Assembly (NCBI GenBank): GCA_051362555.1 | Contig: CM120643.1 | Coordinates: 23,936,848 to 24,000,847, forward strand | Direction: 5' to 3' | Origin: Lingula anatina | Lineage: Eukaryota; Animalia; Brachiopoda | Length of the DNA stretch: 64,000 nt | In this document: piece after piece, positions 24,001 through 35,900 of the stretch | Layout: each line of letters begins with the position of its first letter | Numbering within the stretch: position 1 is the first letter of the stretch | Program-made: the position numbers and the translations under genes | The notes under the pieces: generated by a model | What the model saw: only the letters and a program-made list of their open reading frames with translations | Databases searched by the model: none | Told to the model about the DNA's origin: nothing

Positions 24001-26378
24001 GAGTATTGGGAATTCAGTGGGATACCCATAGCGACCAGCTCAGCTTTCAGTTAACACTGAATGAAAGACCGATGACTAGAAGAGGAATTCTTTCGACTGT
24101 TGCCTCTGTCTATGATCCCTTGGGTTGTATAGCACCATTTATCCTATTAGGCAAACAGATACTGCAGGAGATGTGTGCGTCCAAAGCCAGCTGGGATGAT
24201 CCAATATCAGAAGAACTCAGACCAAGATGGGAGAAATGGCTGCGTGAATTGCCAAAGCTAGCGGAAATTCATTTATCAAGATGCTATATTCCCCAAGACT
24301 TTGGAAAAATTGTCACAGCAGAGATACACCACTTTTCAGACGCAAGTACCAGAGGATATGGTCAATGCTCCTACCTTCGAGTAGTGAATAACAAAAACGA
24401 GTGCCACTGCTGTATCGTGTTGGGCAAATCTCGAGTCGCGCCACTCAAGATTACTACAATTCCGAGATTAGAGCTTACAGCAGCCACAATGTCGATCAAG
24501 ATGAGTACTCTGCTGAAGTCTGAAATTACCTATGAAAACCTCAAGGAGTATTTCTGGACAGACTCCAAGATAGTGCTAGGATATTTGAAGAACAATGTAA
24601 GAAGATTTCATGTCTTCGTAGCCAACAGGATTCAGACGATTCGAAACGCTTCTGACCCTAGTCAGTGGCACTACGTGCCAACCAATGATAACCCGGCCGA
24701 CCATGCTTCTAGAGGGCTGTATCCAGAGGAACTGATGGCATCAAATTGGTTTAAAGGCCCAGAATTCCTGAGAAACCCAGTTCTAAGCATGGTAGAAGAA
24801 AATCCAGAGGTTGATCCAAATGATCCAGAGTTGAAGAAAGCAACAGTAAATGCAGTGGAGACTACAGAAAAAGCAGGAACATTTACACAGAAGTTCAATA
24901 GATTTTCATCCTGGACCAATGCCATTACAGCAGTGACAACCATTAGAAAACGTCTACTCAAAATGGGTTCATCATTGTCTGCTGACCGACGAAAGGCAGA
25001 ACTTACTATTCTTAAGCTGCTTCAGGCTGAACGGTTCCAAGACGAAATTAGGCAAATCAAAGATGGATCGCTTCCGAAGAAAAACCCTCTCTCCAAGCTG
25101 GATCCTTATATTGACGAAGAAGGAACCCTGCGAGTAGGAGGACGTCTGACACGATCCTCACTCTCTTACGAAGTACAACATCCTGTAATTTTGCCAAAGT
25201 CAGGACATATTGTAGACCTAATTGTGCGTCATTGCCATCAGAAGGTAGCCCACCAGGGAAGAGGTTTCACTCTGAATGAGATACGTTGCCAAGGGTACTA
25301 TATCATTGGTATAGGCAAGACGGTTGCTTCTGCAATACACAGATGCGTAACCTGTAGAAAAAACAGGGGCAAAAGTGAAGAACAGAGGATGTCAGATTTA
25401 CCAAGGGATCGAACAGAACCTTCACCCCCATTCAGTTACTGCGGCATTGATTGCTTTGGTCCCTTCCCTGTGAAAGAAGGTCGCCGTGAAGTTAAGCGAT
25501 ATGGATTGATAGTGACCTGCATGGCGTCGAGAGCAGTACACATCGAATGCCTGGATGACATGACGACAGATAGTTTCATAAATGCTTTAAGATGTGTGAT
25601 AGCTTTGAGGGGTCCCATACGGCAAATCAGATGTGATCAGGGATCAAATTTTATCGGAGCAAGAGTCCTTTTAGATAAATCACTAGAAGAGGTCAAAAAT
25701 GACGAATTGAAGAAATTTATGATTGAGAACAAGTGTGATTTTGTGTTTAACAGCCCACACTCAAGCCATATGGGAGGTGTGTGGGAGCGACACATTAGAA
25801 CCATCAGAAGTATACTAGCAGCAATGTTGGAGCAACATGGTTCTCGTATTGACACAACCACCTTAAGAACCTTCCTATATGAAGTCATGGCCATTATTAA
25901 CTGTCGACCTTTGACCGTACAGAACCTACATGATCCACTTGGTCCAGAATCACTTACTGCGAACCATTTGTTGACAATGAAGCCAAAGGTAATATTGCCA
26001 TTGGGAGAGTTTGGACCTGAGCACCTGTATGCAAGGCAAAGATGGCGCCAAGTACAAGTGTTAGCAGATAATTTCTGGAGTCGCTGGAGGAAGGAATACC
26101 TTCTTAATCTGCAACAACGAACAAAGTGGAATGGGAAACGAAGAAACCTAGGAGTGGGAGACATTGTTTTGCTCAAAGATGAAGGATTATACAGAGGAGA
26201 CTGGCGACTTGCCAGAGTGACAGAGGCGAGCATAGATGAGGATGGATTAGTTCGCAGAGTGAAGATTCTTTTGGGGAATCCTGATCTTTCCGCCAAAGGC
26301 ATCCCCTCCTCTACGTCTACTATATTAGAACGTCCAATCCATAAACTAGTTTTGTTGTTAGAAGGGGATAAGTTGTAA
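21057..26378 (+). CDS. BEL/Pao gag-pol polyprotein (1773 aa from first ATG)
   Basis: Gag with three zinc knuckles (CTFCEKIGHDIREC, CLSCLRNGHLAKEC, CSRCGRKHPAILH), aspartic protease ALLDSQS, RT (KLRVVFD, LYVDD), Pao-type RNase H (HHFSDAS, TIPRLEL, NPAD) and integrase (HHCC, DCFGP, CDQGSNF, GGVWER). PR-RT-RH-IN order, no stops. The ORF track start at 20973 is a TTG; the first ATG is 21057. Confidence 0.96.
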   Translation: MDAATITKIPRTRTVPFQTPTDQEVTFRNISPKDDLRRRLIEELDPDDSVSQAGSNVSFKERQLEEEARQVALKERLKYLTAQQEIEEQQIRLEQRRKRLLLESELNESKKREEIFRKALGGEDTTKKESDSGYSHDVVRALEKLSLSRLPIPEPPVFEGNHLTYVTWRLAFKTLIESRNIPPSERLYYLKRYLGGEAKETVDHLFYLDSEEAYIEALEILEDRYGDKFLIAEAFRDKLEKWPKINSRDSKGLRKLSDFLRQCLAATDHVGELKILDDCRENRKLLQKLPEWITRRWARIVEESQGFPGFKRFVEFVKKESDIVNNPVMRPAETAFSKKTPTSTSLMTKTSDQAIPTPPVTKNACTFCEKIGHDIRECRNFERKTPQERMEFIKKRGLCLSCLRNGHLAKECKRKEQCSRCGRKHPAILHGDYEALHPEDQHVRTLSSTCQEGAISSMTIPVYVSVGNSGNEILTYALLDSQSDVTFISDELTAKLNAESVPTSIRISTVNSSYVVKTSKVPGLTVRGLNLTETIALPTCYTRENIPFNKKHVPRPSDARRWNHLQNIQSQIAPLQNCDAGLLIGYNCSRALVPLSVRVGANEEPYGIQTPLGWSVVGRTGREDTDEYHLSHRVMRKEIQKDLRVDDRGEVTFVHRTKVKETVTEPEIIQLLEADFRDEHKSEDSLSQDDLKFLKKMKDTIYQDQDNFYTMPLPFRTDAPQLPDNMPMAMRRLEHLRKKFADKEFAAEYKKFMDAMIESGEAEPVLDKDVAGGHRWVVPHHGVYHKRKGKLRVVFDCAARYKNINLNENLISGPDLTNSLIGCLLRFREGSVAVVGDIERMFYRFKVDPRDRNYFQFLWWDGDLEGTPKLFRMTVHLFGAASSPACANFALKQLVEDHGEEFDEKVCWVAGNCLYVDDLLLSIDSAEEAKQLIEGVRQLFQKANIRLHKFISNNQEVLESIPVSERGTQSTTVDLPLPATERVLGIQWDTHSDQLSFQLTLNERPMTRRGILSTVASVYDPLGCIAPFILLGKQILQEMCASKASWDDPISEELRPRWEKWLRELPKLAEIHLSRCYIPQDFGKIVTAEIHHFSDASTRGYGQCSYLRVVNNKNECHCCIVLGKSRVAPLKITTIPRLELTAATMSIKMSTLLKSEITYENLKEYFWTDSKIVLGYLKNNVRRFHVFVANRIQTIRNASDPSQWHYVPTNDNPADHASRGLYPEELMASNWFKGPEFLRNPVLSMVEENPEVDPNDPELKKATVNAVETTEKAGTFTQKFNRFSSWTNAITAVTTIRKRLLKMGSSLSADRRKAELTILKLLQAERFQDEIRQIKDGSLPKKNPLSKLDPYIDEEGTLRVGGRLTRSSLSYEVQHPVILPKSGHIVDLIVRHCHQKVAHQGRGFTLNEIRCQGYYIIGIGKTVASAIHRCVTCRKNRGKSEEQRMSDLPRDRTEPSPPFSYCGIDCFGPFPVKEGRREVKRYGLIVTCMASRAVHIECLDDMTTDSFINALRCVIALRGPIRQIRCDQGSNFIGARVLLDKSLEEVKNDELKKFMIENKCDFVFNSPHSSHMGGVWERHIRTIRSILAAMLEQHGSRIDTTTLRTFLYEVMAIINCRPLTVQNLHDPLGPESLTANHLLTMKPKVILPLGEFGPEHLYARQRWRQVQVLADNFWSRWRKEYLLNLQQRTKWNGKRRNLGVGDIVLLKDEGLYRGDWRLARVTEASIDEDGLVRRVKILLGNPDLSAKGIPSSTSTILERPIHKLVLLLEGDKL

Positions 26379-26580
26379 GTTTTCCAAAGAATAAGGTTCG
26401 AGTATGGTTTTTGTGATACATGATGTTCAAAGAACTGTTAAGTGAAGATCTAATGGTATTTGGGAGTACCAAAGCTATTGTATAGTGAGTTAATAGTTAC
26501 AGTTTACCAGTTACATTGTTTCATGTGTAAGTTAGTTTTGTTTGTTTGTATAGAAAATCAATTAGATTTTGGCTGGGGAG

Positions 26581-27405
26581 TGTTACTGCCAGAGCAGTGT
26601 TTTATAGATAAATCTTATTTCTTTACTTCGGACGCGCTACTCACTTGTTTGTCGCATCGGTGTTGAATAACAATTGTTTTTAGCGCGCTTATGATAATGA
26701 TGGGATAGAATGTGATTCCACGAGGAATGAGATCGGCTGATGTTAAATGCTGAGACAGCCGTAATTACAAGTGTTTTTGTAACAGGAATCTGGCCCATAA
26801 GGTTAGCAATTAATTTTAAGTTATGAAAGTTCATTTAAAGATAATTGCGAGAAGATAAAATTAGTTTTCCATTGTAAACTGCAACTTTGAGTAGCGTTAG
26901 AAATGCCGGTCTGATGTACAATGCACAGTACATGTAACACAATCACTGTACCTTTCAGTATTGGAGTAAAGAAAGTTCAGTAAAGTGTAGTGTATTGTTT
27001 AGAAACGAGAATGTAGTTGTACTAGTTGCGAGTTAAAGATTGTTTGTTTTATGTTCGTAATCAATGTTATTTTAAAAGCGTATTTTTTCATTGTGTTAGT
27101 TGCGCCAGATGAGATTTACTACACAATCATTTAGAACCCAGTCGCTTGCATTACACTAGAATAGCCCAAAGTCGGTAAGAGTTACTTATATTTTGGAGAT
27201 AAAGATAGGATAACATGCAACTGTTAAGTAAAGATGTTATTTAAGTGACTTAATAGCATTATATAAAAGAACTAGGGCAAGAATATGAGATGATTTTCAT
27301 ATTTTATTTCAATTATTCTTTTCAGTTGACGGTTTAAGGTTTAATAAATCAGTAAAAACGACGCAAAGCTGTTGTTGTTGTGTGTGAGTATTGCAAGTGG
27401 CTACA
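26581..27405 (+). repeat. 3' LTR of BEL/Pao element
   Basis: Same length as the 5' LTR and, by eye, the same sequence. Confidence 0.97.
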
Positions 27406-28930
27406 TGGGGAATGTTTTTAAAAATATCTACTTAAGAAGGTTTCAGGTGTTTTAGTAAAAAGAAAAACAACTCTTTTTGGGTAATATTTGCACGTTATTA
27501 ATACCAACATGAATTGGACTGCGCTAAAGGGGTACAACGAGATGTACGTCTATTTTTCTGACACAATTTATCTTGAACCCCAAGCAGGCCTATTATATAC
27601 TTTTATCACAACGTCTGGTTACGGAGGTGTTGCAAATTACAGTATGCTTTCCAATAATATGCAGTTTGCCGTGTTTCGTGTAAAATATTTAACTGTGCCC
27701 TTTCACCATATCGTCTAGCTTATCATAGATGTAACTGAATTGAAGATTTTATCAATGGCTAATATATTACATCAAAACATTAAAACATCAAACAACTAAA
27801 AATGATGACTTCACCAAAAGGCAGACGAAGGTTTTAGTATAAGGATTCACAATAAAAGCGGCCGGCATCGGCCAAGTTTCGAACATCATACTTGTGTTTG
27901 TCACTTTATTGCTCCTTTCTCGGCATCGTATTGAACCTTTAGATCAAGGAGACATAAAAATGATGACTTCACCAAAAGGCAGACGAAGGTTATTTTAATT
28001 AAAAACGGCAACACCGCGATATATAGTTATGTATTCTAATATAAAGACATTCTGTGAGGCGTGAGGCATCATTCTCGCTTCCTGACAAGTTGTAGAATTT
28101 CTACATGTACTTAAAGCAATAATAACTCTTCCTTTGAGATTCAAAATTCCGCAAGAAATACATTGTAAACAACGCATGGAAATATATTCTATTGCATTTA
28201 ACACTAAAACGGCCGTTATTGTAGTAAAACTAAAATCTGTGCTTGTCAGTAGGGCTTTCGATGCCTTTCTTCTCGGTCGTTAAGGCATCCGTTGCCAATG
28301 ACGTTAGGGTGTCACGCGGATTCTCGCGTTCATACGAGACCAAAATAACTTCTGGCGCCAAACGCCTGATGTAATACGCAGACGTAAGTTGTGAGTTTTT
28401 GCACAGTGCGTCGGATAACGAAAAGCCCAGAATAGCACACATTGTAGATATAAATGCATTTTGAGCAATAAGACGAATATATCTTATGAATCTTATATTA
28501 TTGTAATTTAATGTTGTTGTTGTCTACTTTTCCCGCGGTTTTAAGTAGGTCACCAGAAACTATTGCTCGATATCGCGTGACTATGCAATGTCAGAGAGGG
28601 CTCCGTCAGTTAAAATCTATTAAGAGATTTTAACAAAAAACCAAACGTTTAGGAAAAAAGCCCTGGACTAACTTTGAATGCAGGAATGGGATCGCTGACC
28701 ATTGGTAAGTACGAGAAAAATTGCCGTTTACTCCAGGAAAATCCAATTTTTGGCCAAAAGGAAGAGTTATTATGACTTTAATAAGTAAAAATTAACTATA
28801 TAGATTGAACTAAAGTTTAAAATTTAGTCTATCTATTATTTATTCATTTTTTTGCGCGAGAAAATATCAATTTATTACTTCAGTTATTTTTTAAGTTGCT
28901 AGACTGATGTTACTAAAGTTCCACTTTGAC

Positions 28931-29135
28931 CAGGGGCGGATCCAGGATTAGTTAAAAGGGGGGTCCGCGGATGCGAAACTGACCCTTCAACCCCCCCCCC
29001 CCTTTGGCGTGGGGTTCGAGGGCCCGCTGAAAGGGGGGGTCTGCGAAAATTTTTGGTATTTTAGAGGGCGAACGGTGCCATTTGGTACGGTTTAGAATTA
29101 TAATTCAGCTAGTCAAAATCTAATTTGAAGAGGAA
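28931..29135 (+). mobile_element. CAGGGGCGGATCCAGG-family repeat copy
   Basis: Similar to 10060-10345. Confidence 0.6.
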
Positions 29136-31301
29136 ATTTGCTGGCGAATCCAGTGTTTTGTTTTCTATATAGAAGGAATACTGATAAACAGCATTTTCAT
29201 TCGGCTTACTCACCCTCCAAACCTATTAGAGGAACGTACATGTAAATGTTAAGCAAAGTTGGGTGTTCTAGAATTAAATTTTCTTTTTAATCTGCTTATT
29301 ACAATATATTTTTCTTACGGAAAACCGTTTTATTTGTTCAATGGTAGGATGGCCGTCGCCATGTTGGATCTCATTCTTACACTTAATTATGGCCTGCACC
29401 ATATTGACGATACCTCAAATGGCCCATTATTAAGGGTAAAAATAAAAAGGGTAGAAAGCCCTTGGACAAGTGTGAGGAAGAGAAGTGAGGAACCTCGCAT
29501 ATGTAGAACATATTTCTTGCTTGTAGGGTATAATTGCCTACACATTTGTGTCAATAACGTCATTAATTAAATGTTGCAATTAATGTAATTCACAAGTTTA
29601 ACTAAATTTTCATATTAGTCGACACTATACATAAAACACGATGAAGACGACGTAAAAGCCAATGTGTGAGATTGTGTTAGCTGAACCAATCCACCTTCCT
29701 AACACACATTTATGCAAACTTACTTCTGGAGAGGATCTAAAATTTCAGTGGTAAATGGAGAACACTCGAAGAACGCAGACCTCCGCCAAGGCAACTGGAT
29801 TCTCATTATTCTCAAATTATTATGAAACAAATCACAGATATAGTGTCAAGTAATTTGGTAAATTAAGGCATTGGTGGTATACCGATTACAAGGGTAAAAC
29901 ACACACCTTGATATGTTATGTCATTGATCCATTTTCAATAAATAGTAACTGTCATCCAGAGAGAGATATGCAGAGACAGGTGCCCAAGACTTATATTGCG
30001 AGAGAATGGCAGTGTAGTGTATCCCATACAGGGCACGTTGTCATTGATTGTGCTATTGTTGTCAAAATGCAGTGGGCGGAAATGGTATAATGGGATAGAT
30101 TTAAATCATGCACATTGCATCTGTCTCGACTGAGAATTTAAGATTCATGTAAAACCAGAGGGGTGGAGCTTACGGCAAAAGCGTGACAGGACAGATAGAG
30201 AAAATATCCGCAAACGAAGCCTCTGCAATGTCGCGTTTTACCAATAAACCAGCATATAGGGTTAATGGTGATACGGATCACCACCAAAATCTAAGTACTT
30301 TCAAGTTGGCCTGCTTCGGACCTATTCTGAAAATTCCATCAAAATTCATCTATAAGCTTTTGAGTTAGGCTTATTACAGGCTAACAAACAAATAAACGGA
30401 GGTGAAAACGGAACCTTGGCGGAGCTAACAAGACTAAAGGCGTCCATTATAACTTATCCTCTCGAAAACCGGACTTTATTCGGCCTAATACCATTTAATC
30501 CTTCTTTTCTGACACTCGTTATAACTATAGTATGTAGCTATGGGAAAATTGAAAAAACTTTAACTGATGCTTAGATGTTTTTTTTTTAATTCGACCATTA
30601 CTTCGTGCACTGCCTTCCATATCCTGCACGATTAAAAATTGTGTCAAGGATGGTTTAAGGTGCTGAGCTTTGAAATACCTCGAAAGGTCAGTTTTTTATC
30701 CTTTTTTGATAAGTAATGTTCATTACAATTAAATACTGAAATCATACTTTCGTTCTAGGGCACAAAAAGGTGAAGACGGAGCTTAAAGTAAACGTCAATG
30801 CTTTGATGAACTTCGGTGGGGTATACAGATTTTTTTCTCACAAGATAATCGTCAACCACATAATGGATCCATTTGCCAAATGCTTTGGAGAGCTTTATAG
30901 TGCAAAATAAATACACGAAAAAAGGTGGATCTCTCTATCCTTACATACTGAGAGCCATTTTTATTCATATAAATTGTTTACATAAAAAGAAGAGGAAATG
31001 CAAAATATTCCCGCACAAACGTCATCCTCATAACATCGGCGAAAGTTAATAAGAAATATTCAAAATAGCTCCAAGAGTTTATGGCAGATATTAGTCCAAA
31101 CTTTATGGCAGATATTAGTCCAAACTTTGTAAAGAATCTAACCATTGCTACATTAACATTTTTGAACGTGAAAAAGACAACAGTTGGAAAGAAAATATAA
31201 TCAATAAAGAAAATAATAAACCGTCTGATTATATATATATATATATATCAGAATGTACCTGTTTATATGTATGCGTCCGTGTGCTTGTGTGTGCACGTGC
31301 C

Positions 31302-31337
<36 letters not shown>

Positions 31338-31607
31338 CATGTGTGTCTGTTTGGGTCAATCCTGCTCGCACTATCTACATGTACCACGGTGCTCTCAGTA
31401 CTCGGGTTCACTGAAACTTATTCAAAAATATTGGCAGTTTTAGAACCCCTACGTATTAATTATCCGCGGCAGTCCATATGATCTGATTGTTAAACTAAAC
31501 TGTTAAAAGCGTTTTCCATTAAAATTGTATCTGAATATATGCATTTCCAATTTTTGTCATCATTGTGCTCTCCTTCGTGACTGTCCTCAAATTACCGGCC
31601 GACTCAG

Positions 31608-32453
31608 TCATTCATCTTCATCTTCATTATCGTCGTCGTCGTCTTCATCAGCGTTTTCAGCTTCGAGGTTTACCAACTTTTGAAGGAACTGAAATGCAGA
31701 TACCATTCGCCTTGATAACCTTTTCAATGTGAGTACTGCTACTGCAGTTCTTTTATGAAATAAAGTAAACTTGTACCTGGACATTCAGTCTGGACATTCA
31801 GTCTCCAAAACAATTATTAAAATAAACATTACTCTGATATAATGATATGCACACAGCAATTTAGAGTACAGTAATTTAAAATGATCACATTACACATATG
31901 TTCGACTGGTGATTTGTCCATGACAGCGGAGTAATACATGCATCTAATCAGATCGACCATATTCTGTTTTAGAACTGATCTATGATGTGAAATCTCTTAC
32001 CTCGTCGCTGGCTTTCTCTCCCGCTTCCTGGCCGTCTTCCACCGCAGTGCTATCGCCAAATATGCGACGACGACGACGACGGCGGCGGCGGCGGCGGCGT
32101 CGGCGACGGTGACCTGAAAGTGGAATTCAAAAACTTTATCTGCATTAACATACATGTATATGCGCTCTCTCTTACTTTTCCAAAAATAAATTTCCATGTC
32201 TTTCATGTGTGTGTCCCATAGTTCATTAGTTTTTGAAAGTATTTTTTTTTCTCTGACAAAACTGGAAGCTTTTATTGTTGTAAAGGTTTGTGAAGGATAA
32301 TCATACACGGGACTCAATGAAAGCTTAAAAAAACAAGACAATTTTATGTCTTCTTTTATCCCACATTGTCTTATGCTTACCGTCCGATTCATCAAACATT
32401 TCCACCAGAAGCATGATGGCCATTAGCACGGCGAACCACTTCAGTTTGTTCAT
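31608..32453 (-). CDS. Secreted poly-arginine peptide precursor, copy 3 (3 exons, 88 aa)
   Basis: Exons 32453-32381 (MNKLKWFAVLMAIMLLVEMFDESD+G), 32113-32001 (GH-R15-IFGDSTAVEDGQEAGEKASDE) and 31688-31608 (FLQKLVNLEAENADEDDDDDNEDEDE*). GT-AG introns, phases 1 and 0. Confidence 0.9.
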
Positions 32454-32642
32454 AGTGAGTGTCAGCGTGGCCACGGGATAGCAGGAGTCTTTCCAACGGC
32501 CACGCACAAACTGGAGGCGAAAACGCCCAACTCTCAATTTTGTTGCCCAAGAAATGTCAAAGTTTCCGAGACATGCGCAATTATTGCATTTTTCCAAAAA
32601 TAAAAATACGTAATGCTGTACTACATGTAGATTGTTCTAAAA

Positions 32643-32925
32643 CAGTGACGGATTTAGAGGGGGGTCAGAGAGGGGTCCTGACCCCCCCCCCCTTCGGTTT
32701 CTGAAAAATATATCACATTAATATTCCCCTTTTGGTTTTAGAATTTTGACTAGCTAAATTATAGTTCTAGATTTTACCAAAGGACACTGTTTACTCTCCA
32801 AAACACCAAGAAATTTTCGAGCCCTTGAACAGGCCCCGAGCCCCACACCAAGGGGGCGATGGTCAACTTCGCATCCGAGGCCTGTCGTTTCGGCCCCCCC
32901 TTCAAATACTCCTGGATCCGCCCAT
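32643..32925 (-). mobile_element. CAGGGGCGGATCCAGG-family repeat copy, inserted just upstream of the copy 3 promoter block
   Basis: Ends cctggatccgccc; inverted relative to the 10060 copy. Not present at the equivalent position upstream of copies 1 and 2. Confidence 0.6.
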
Positions 32926-35900
32926 GCTAAGAGAAGGCCTGCTGTCATCACCTGGGTATAGGGACAATTTTCAGACGGCCAAGGTAAAATATTTAACATT
33001 AAAGCTTTGTGCGTTGTGTCTACAAAATCGGCAAATAATTCATGGCACCGATGTCACTCCACATTAACCTTGTTTTTATCATTTTGACAGCTGGTGGCTC
33101 TAGTATCAAAGGAACAGAAATAAAACACAGCTTCAACCAAAAACTTGCAGGATATTATTTGCACACAAAAACATTCATTAGACCATGTATTGCTTGGTAT
33201 TTGAATGAGGAATACAGAATTTTATGTATTTCATTGTTATCATGCTGACAAACCTTGTATTAACTTATTTCATGTTCACTTCCTGGTTCTCTCTGGGTCA
33301 ATGCACCTCATTATTAAATGACACCATTGGAACCGCTGGGGTCACAGGTCGAAAAGAACACGTCTACACATGGTCTATTTTGTTTCCATGCGGTAACATC
33401 TCTTCCTTGAGATAATTTTGAAATCGCATTAAGTTTTTTTTTTTTACTTAAACTGAATTCTTTGTTTGCTTTATTAAAATTTGATTTATAAGATCCAGGT
33501 TAAAGACAGTGCCAGGGTATGCCTTCCACTCTCATTCACCGTGCCTTGAAGTCAAGAATCCCTTGCTACCGGTACATTGGATCTGAGTGATTCTCTTGTA
33601 GAGTCAAACACTTGCATCAAGCGGAGCCCATCGTGACTCTACTTTGGAGTCGGGGACGGCGTCAACTTGTCTCCAATTGTGAGTTATTTTAGGCACCGTT
33701 GCTGGACACAAGCAGAATTTTAGAGTAACTGCTGCTACGGTGTACTTTATGTAAATCTATAACTACATGTGGAGAATGGAGAGAGAGAGAGAGAGATTGT
33801 ATTGTCCTTGAAAGTCGGGGTGAAAAGGTATTTTTCAGGGTAAATTAAGACAGTCAAACTGTTCATTCTGAATAGCATCCGCTAAGCATTGCAACGTTTT
33901 GCTACCCAAGTCTAACCTTTGGTCAATACTACGTTCTTCAAACCTTCGGAAACTTTTCCAAATCTTTACCTTTTCGAACAGAATGGCTCAGTGTTCGATT
34001 TAATCTTCAATAGTCAAATATATTTTCAAGAATTTGGAGTTGTATCCCATGGTTGTAGTTCTGGCCACCTTTGGGCTTCTATTAATAATGGAGGTTGAAG
34101 CATACTGTTGTTTTTTTTTTTATCATGCATTATTAATCACTACTTTTATCACGCATTATGACTTATTTGACCACGAAACAAAAACAAAATACACTCTGAG
34201 AGTATATATTTAACAGTGACTGCCTTAAACAAGGTGACCGTGCGTCACACCTACAATGTAGCGAAGTAAGCATTCTTATTTCATTTTGGACACCCATTCT
34301 GTAGTTATAATATGACAGGATATTTTATGTCTCCTTGATCTAAGCTAATTTGAATGTAACAACATGCTGATAAAGTAATGTGACAAACTCAAGTATGATG
34401 TTCGAAATTTGGCCGGTGACGGCCGCATTTATTGAAAGTCCCAATACTTAGAGAAATGAAGCAGACTAATAATAAACACTGAATAGTGTTGACAAATGAC
34501 ATTTAACATTAATGTGTGCGCCTGAAATATCTACATTTAAAATAAAATTTCCAAAGAAATAGTGCACATCCCTATTTGCACACAAAATCATTCATTGCAC
34601 CATCTTTTGTTTGACATATGAATGAAAACGTCTTATTTTATGCTGGACATGTCATAAATGTGCCCTTGTTCTTTGAGAGTCGGTTCACTATTTATGAACG
34701 GGGATGGTGTAAATCGCCATGGACCCTGTTTCCGTGCAGTGACATCTTCTTTAAGAGATCATTTTGACAAACCCAGTCGTGTCCCCGACACGTTACTAAC
34801 AGATCAGCTCATTGTTTGAGACAACTCTTATACACTGGGGGTACATGTAAATGCAGTTTCAAGTATACACCGAAATTGTAAATTGTAAAATATTTTTACA
34901 TTGTAAAAATATGAATAAGACAAAATACCCAAATAAGTTTCAACCAATTAGTATTCACGTCTTCCACATCTGCTGGTCCTCGTTCTTCAAGATGCCCTCT
35001 TGTAGGACGAAGGATCTTCGTCTTATTTTGCCACAGCTAGAAGGCCCCAGGTAGAGTGCAAGGTGGTTGCTATATACAGTAAATCACCTTGTCAGTCAGA
35101 TTGTTTTCAAGCATTGGCATTCATTTATTATTTTCATCTTCGAGATAATGAAAACAATTGCTTTGCGATGTCAAATGTTATAATAAATAACGGTACCTAT
35201 TCTCCTTTCCGGACTTACATTGTTGAAAAAATTCGTTTCAGTCGGTACTATCACCACTTCTTTGTGTCATATAATTATCTCTTCCTACAGACACACTTCA
35301 ATTTCCTTGACGTATAATGACAACCTCAAGTTAACAGGTTTTGGTGTCGTAAATTACAACATATAGAATTTATTTAAGCAAAACCCTTCAGCACTGCAAA
35401 CAAACGGGACCACTGTTATTAAAGCTGCAACAAATCATTGTCAAGTAGTTATCTTCGAAACAATTTAGGAGTTTTATTTTCATGCACAACCTAACGGACC
35501 AGGACAGATATAAGATGTCTACTCTAAGTCACACAGAAGACTCTTGCAGTACGTTGGATTGTTAGAGCTAGGCTATTAATTTCAACAAAATTTCACTCAA
35601 TAGATACAGTTGTACCAGTCGGTACACCAATATAGTGTTCTTATTTGAGTAATAATGGCCTGACATTCATCGTCAATGGTGAATTTTTACAGGTCATATT
35701 TTCTTATATACCTTGTACCGGCTGGATCGATCCACCTCCGCGGGGAATTTTCCCTTAAGTGCAATCAACTCGATTATCCATGAACATCTAGGGGGTAATT
35801 TGAGAAATCGATTTTTTAGTTTTTACCCCAATATTGCGATTATGACGTCACCCGTAAGATGGCATATATGTAAATGCTATTAAAGTTAGTCACTGAACAC

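Larger units (their letters stand above)
19618..27405 (+). mobile_element. Full-length BEL/Pao LTR retrotransposon
   Basis: Two 825-bp TG...CA LTRs, 5-bp target duplication TGGGG (19613-19617 and 27406-27410), purine-rich tract ggctggggag before the 3' LTR, and a single gag-pol ORF. Confidence 0.97.

Noticed and set aside
25637-26302. 221-aa antisense ORF in the BEL integrase region, and other small antisense ORFs in gag-pol
   Set aside because: Shadow ORFs of gag-pol with no recognisable motifs.
27488-27718. Protein-like stretch YTFITTSGYGG...FAVFRVK
   Set aside because: No clear splice sites or paralog; any domain resemblance is too weak to support without a search.
31997-32395. 132-aa ORF with poly-Ala/Val
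   Set aside because: Shifted frame across intron 1 and exon 2 of copy 3.
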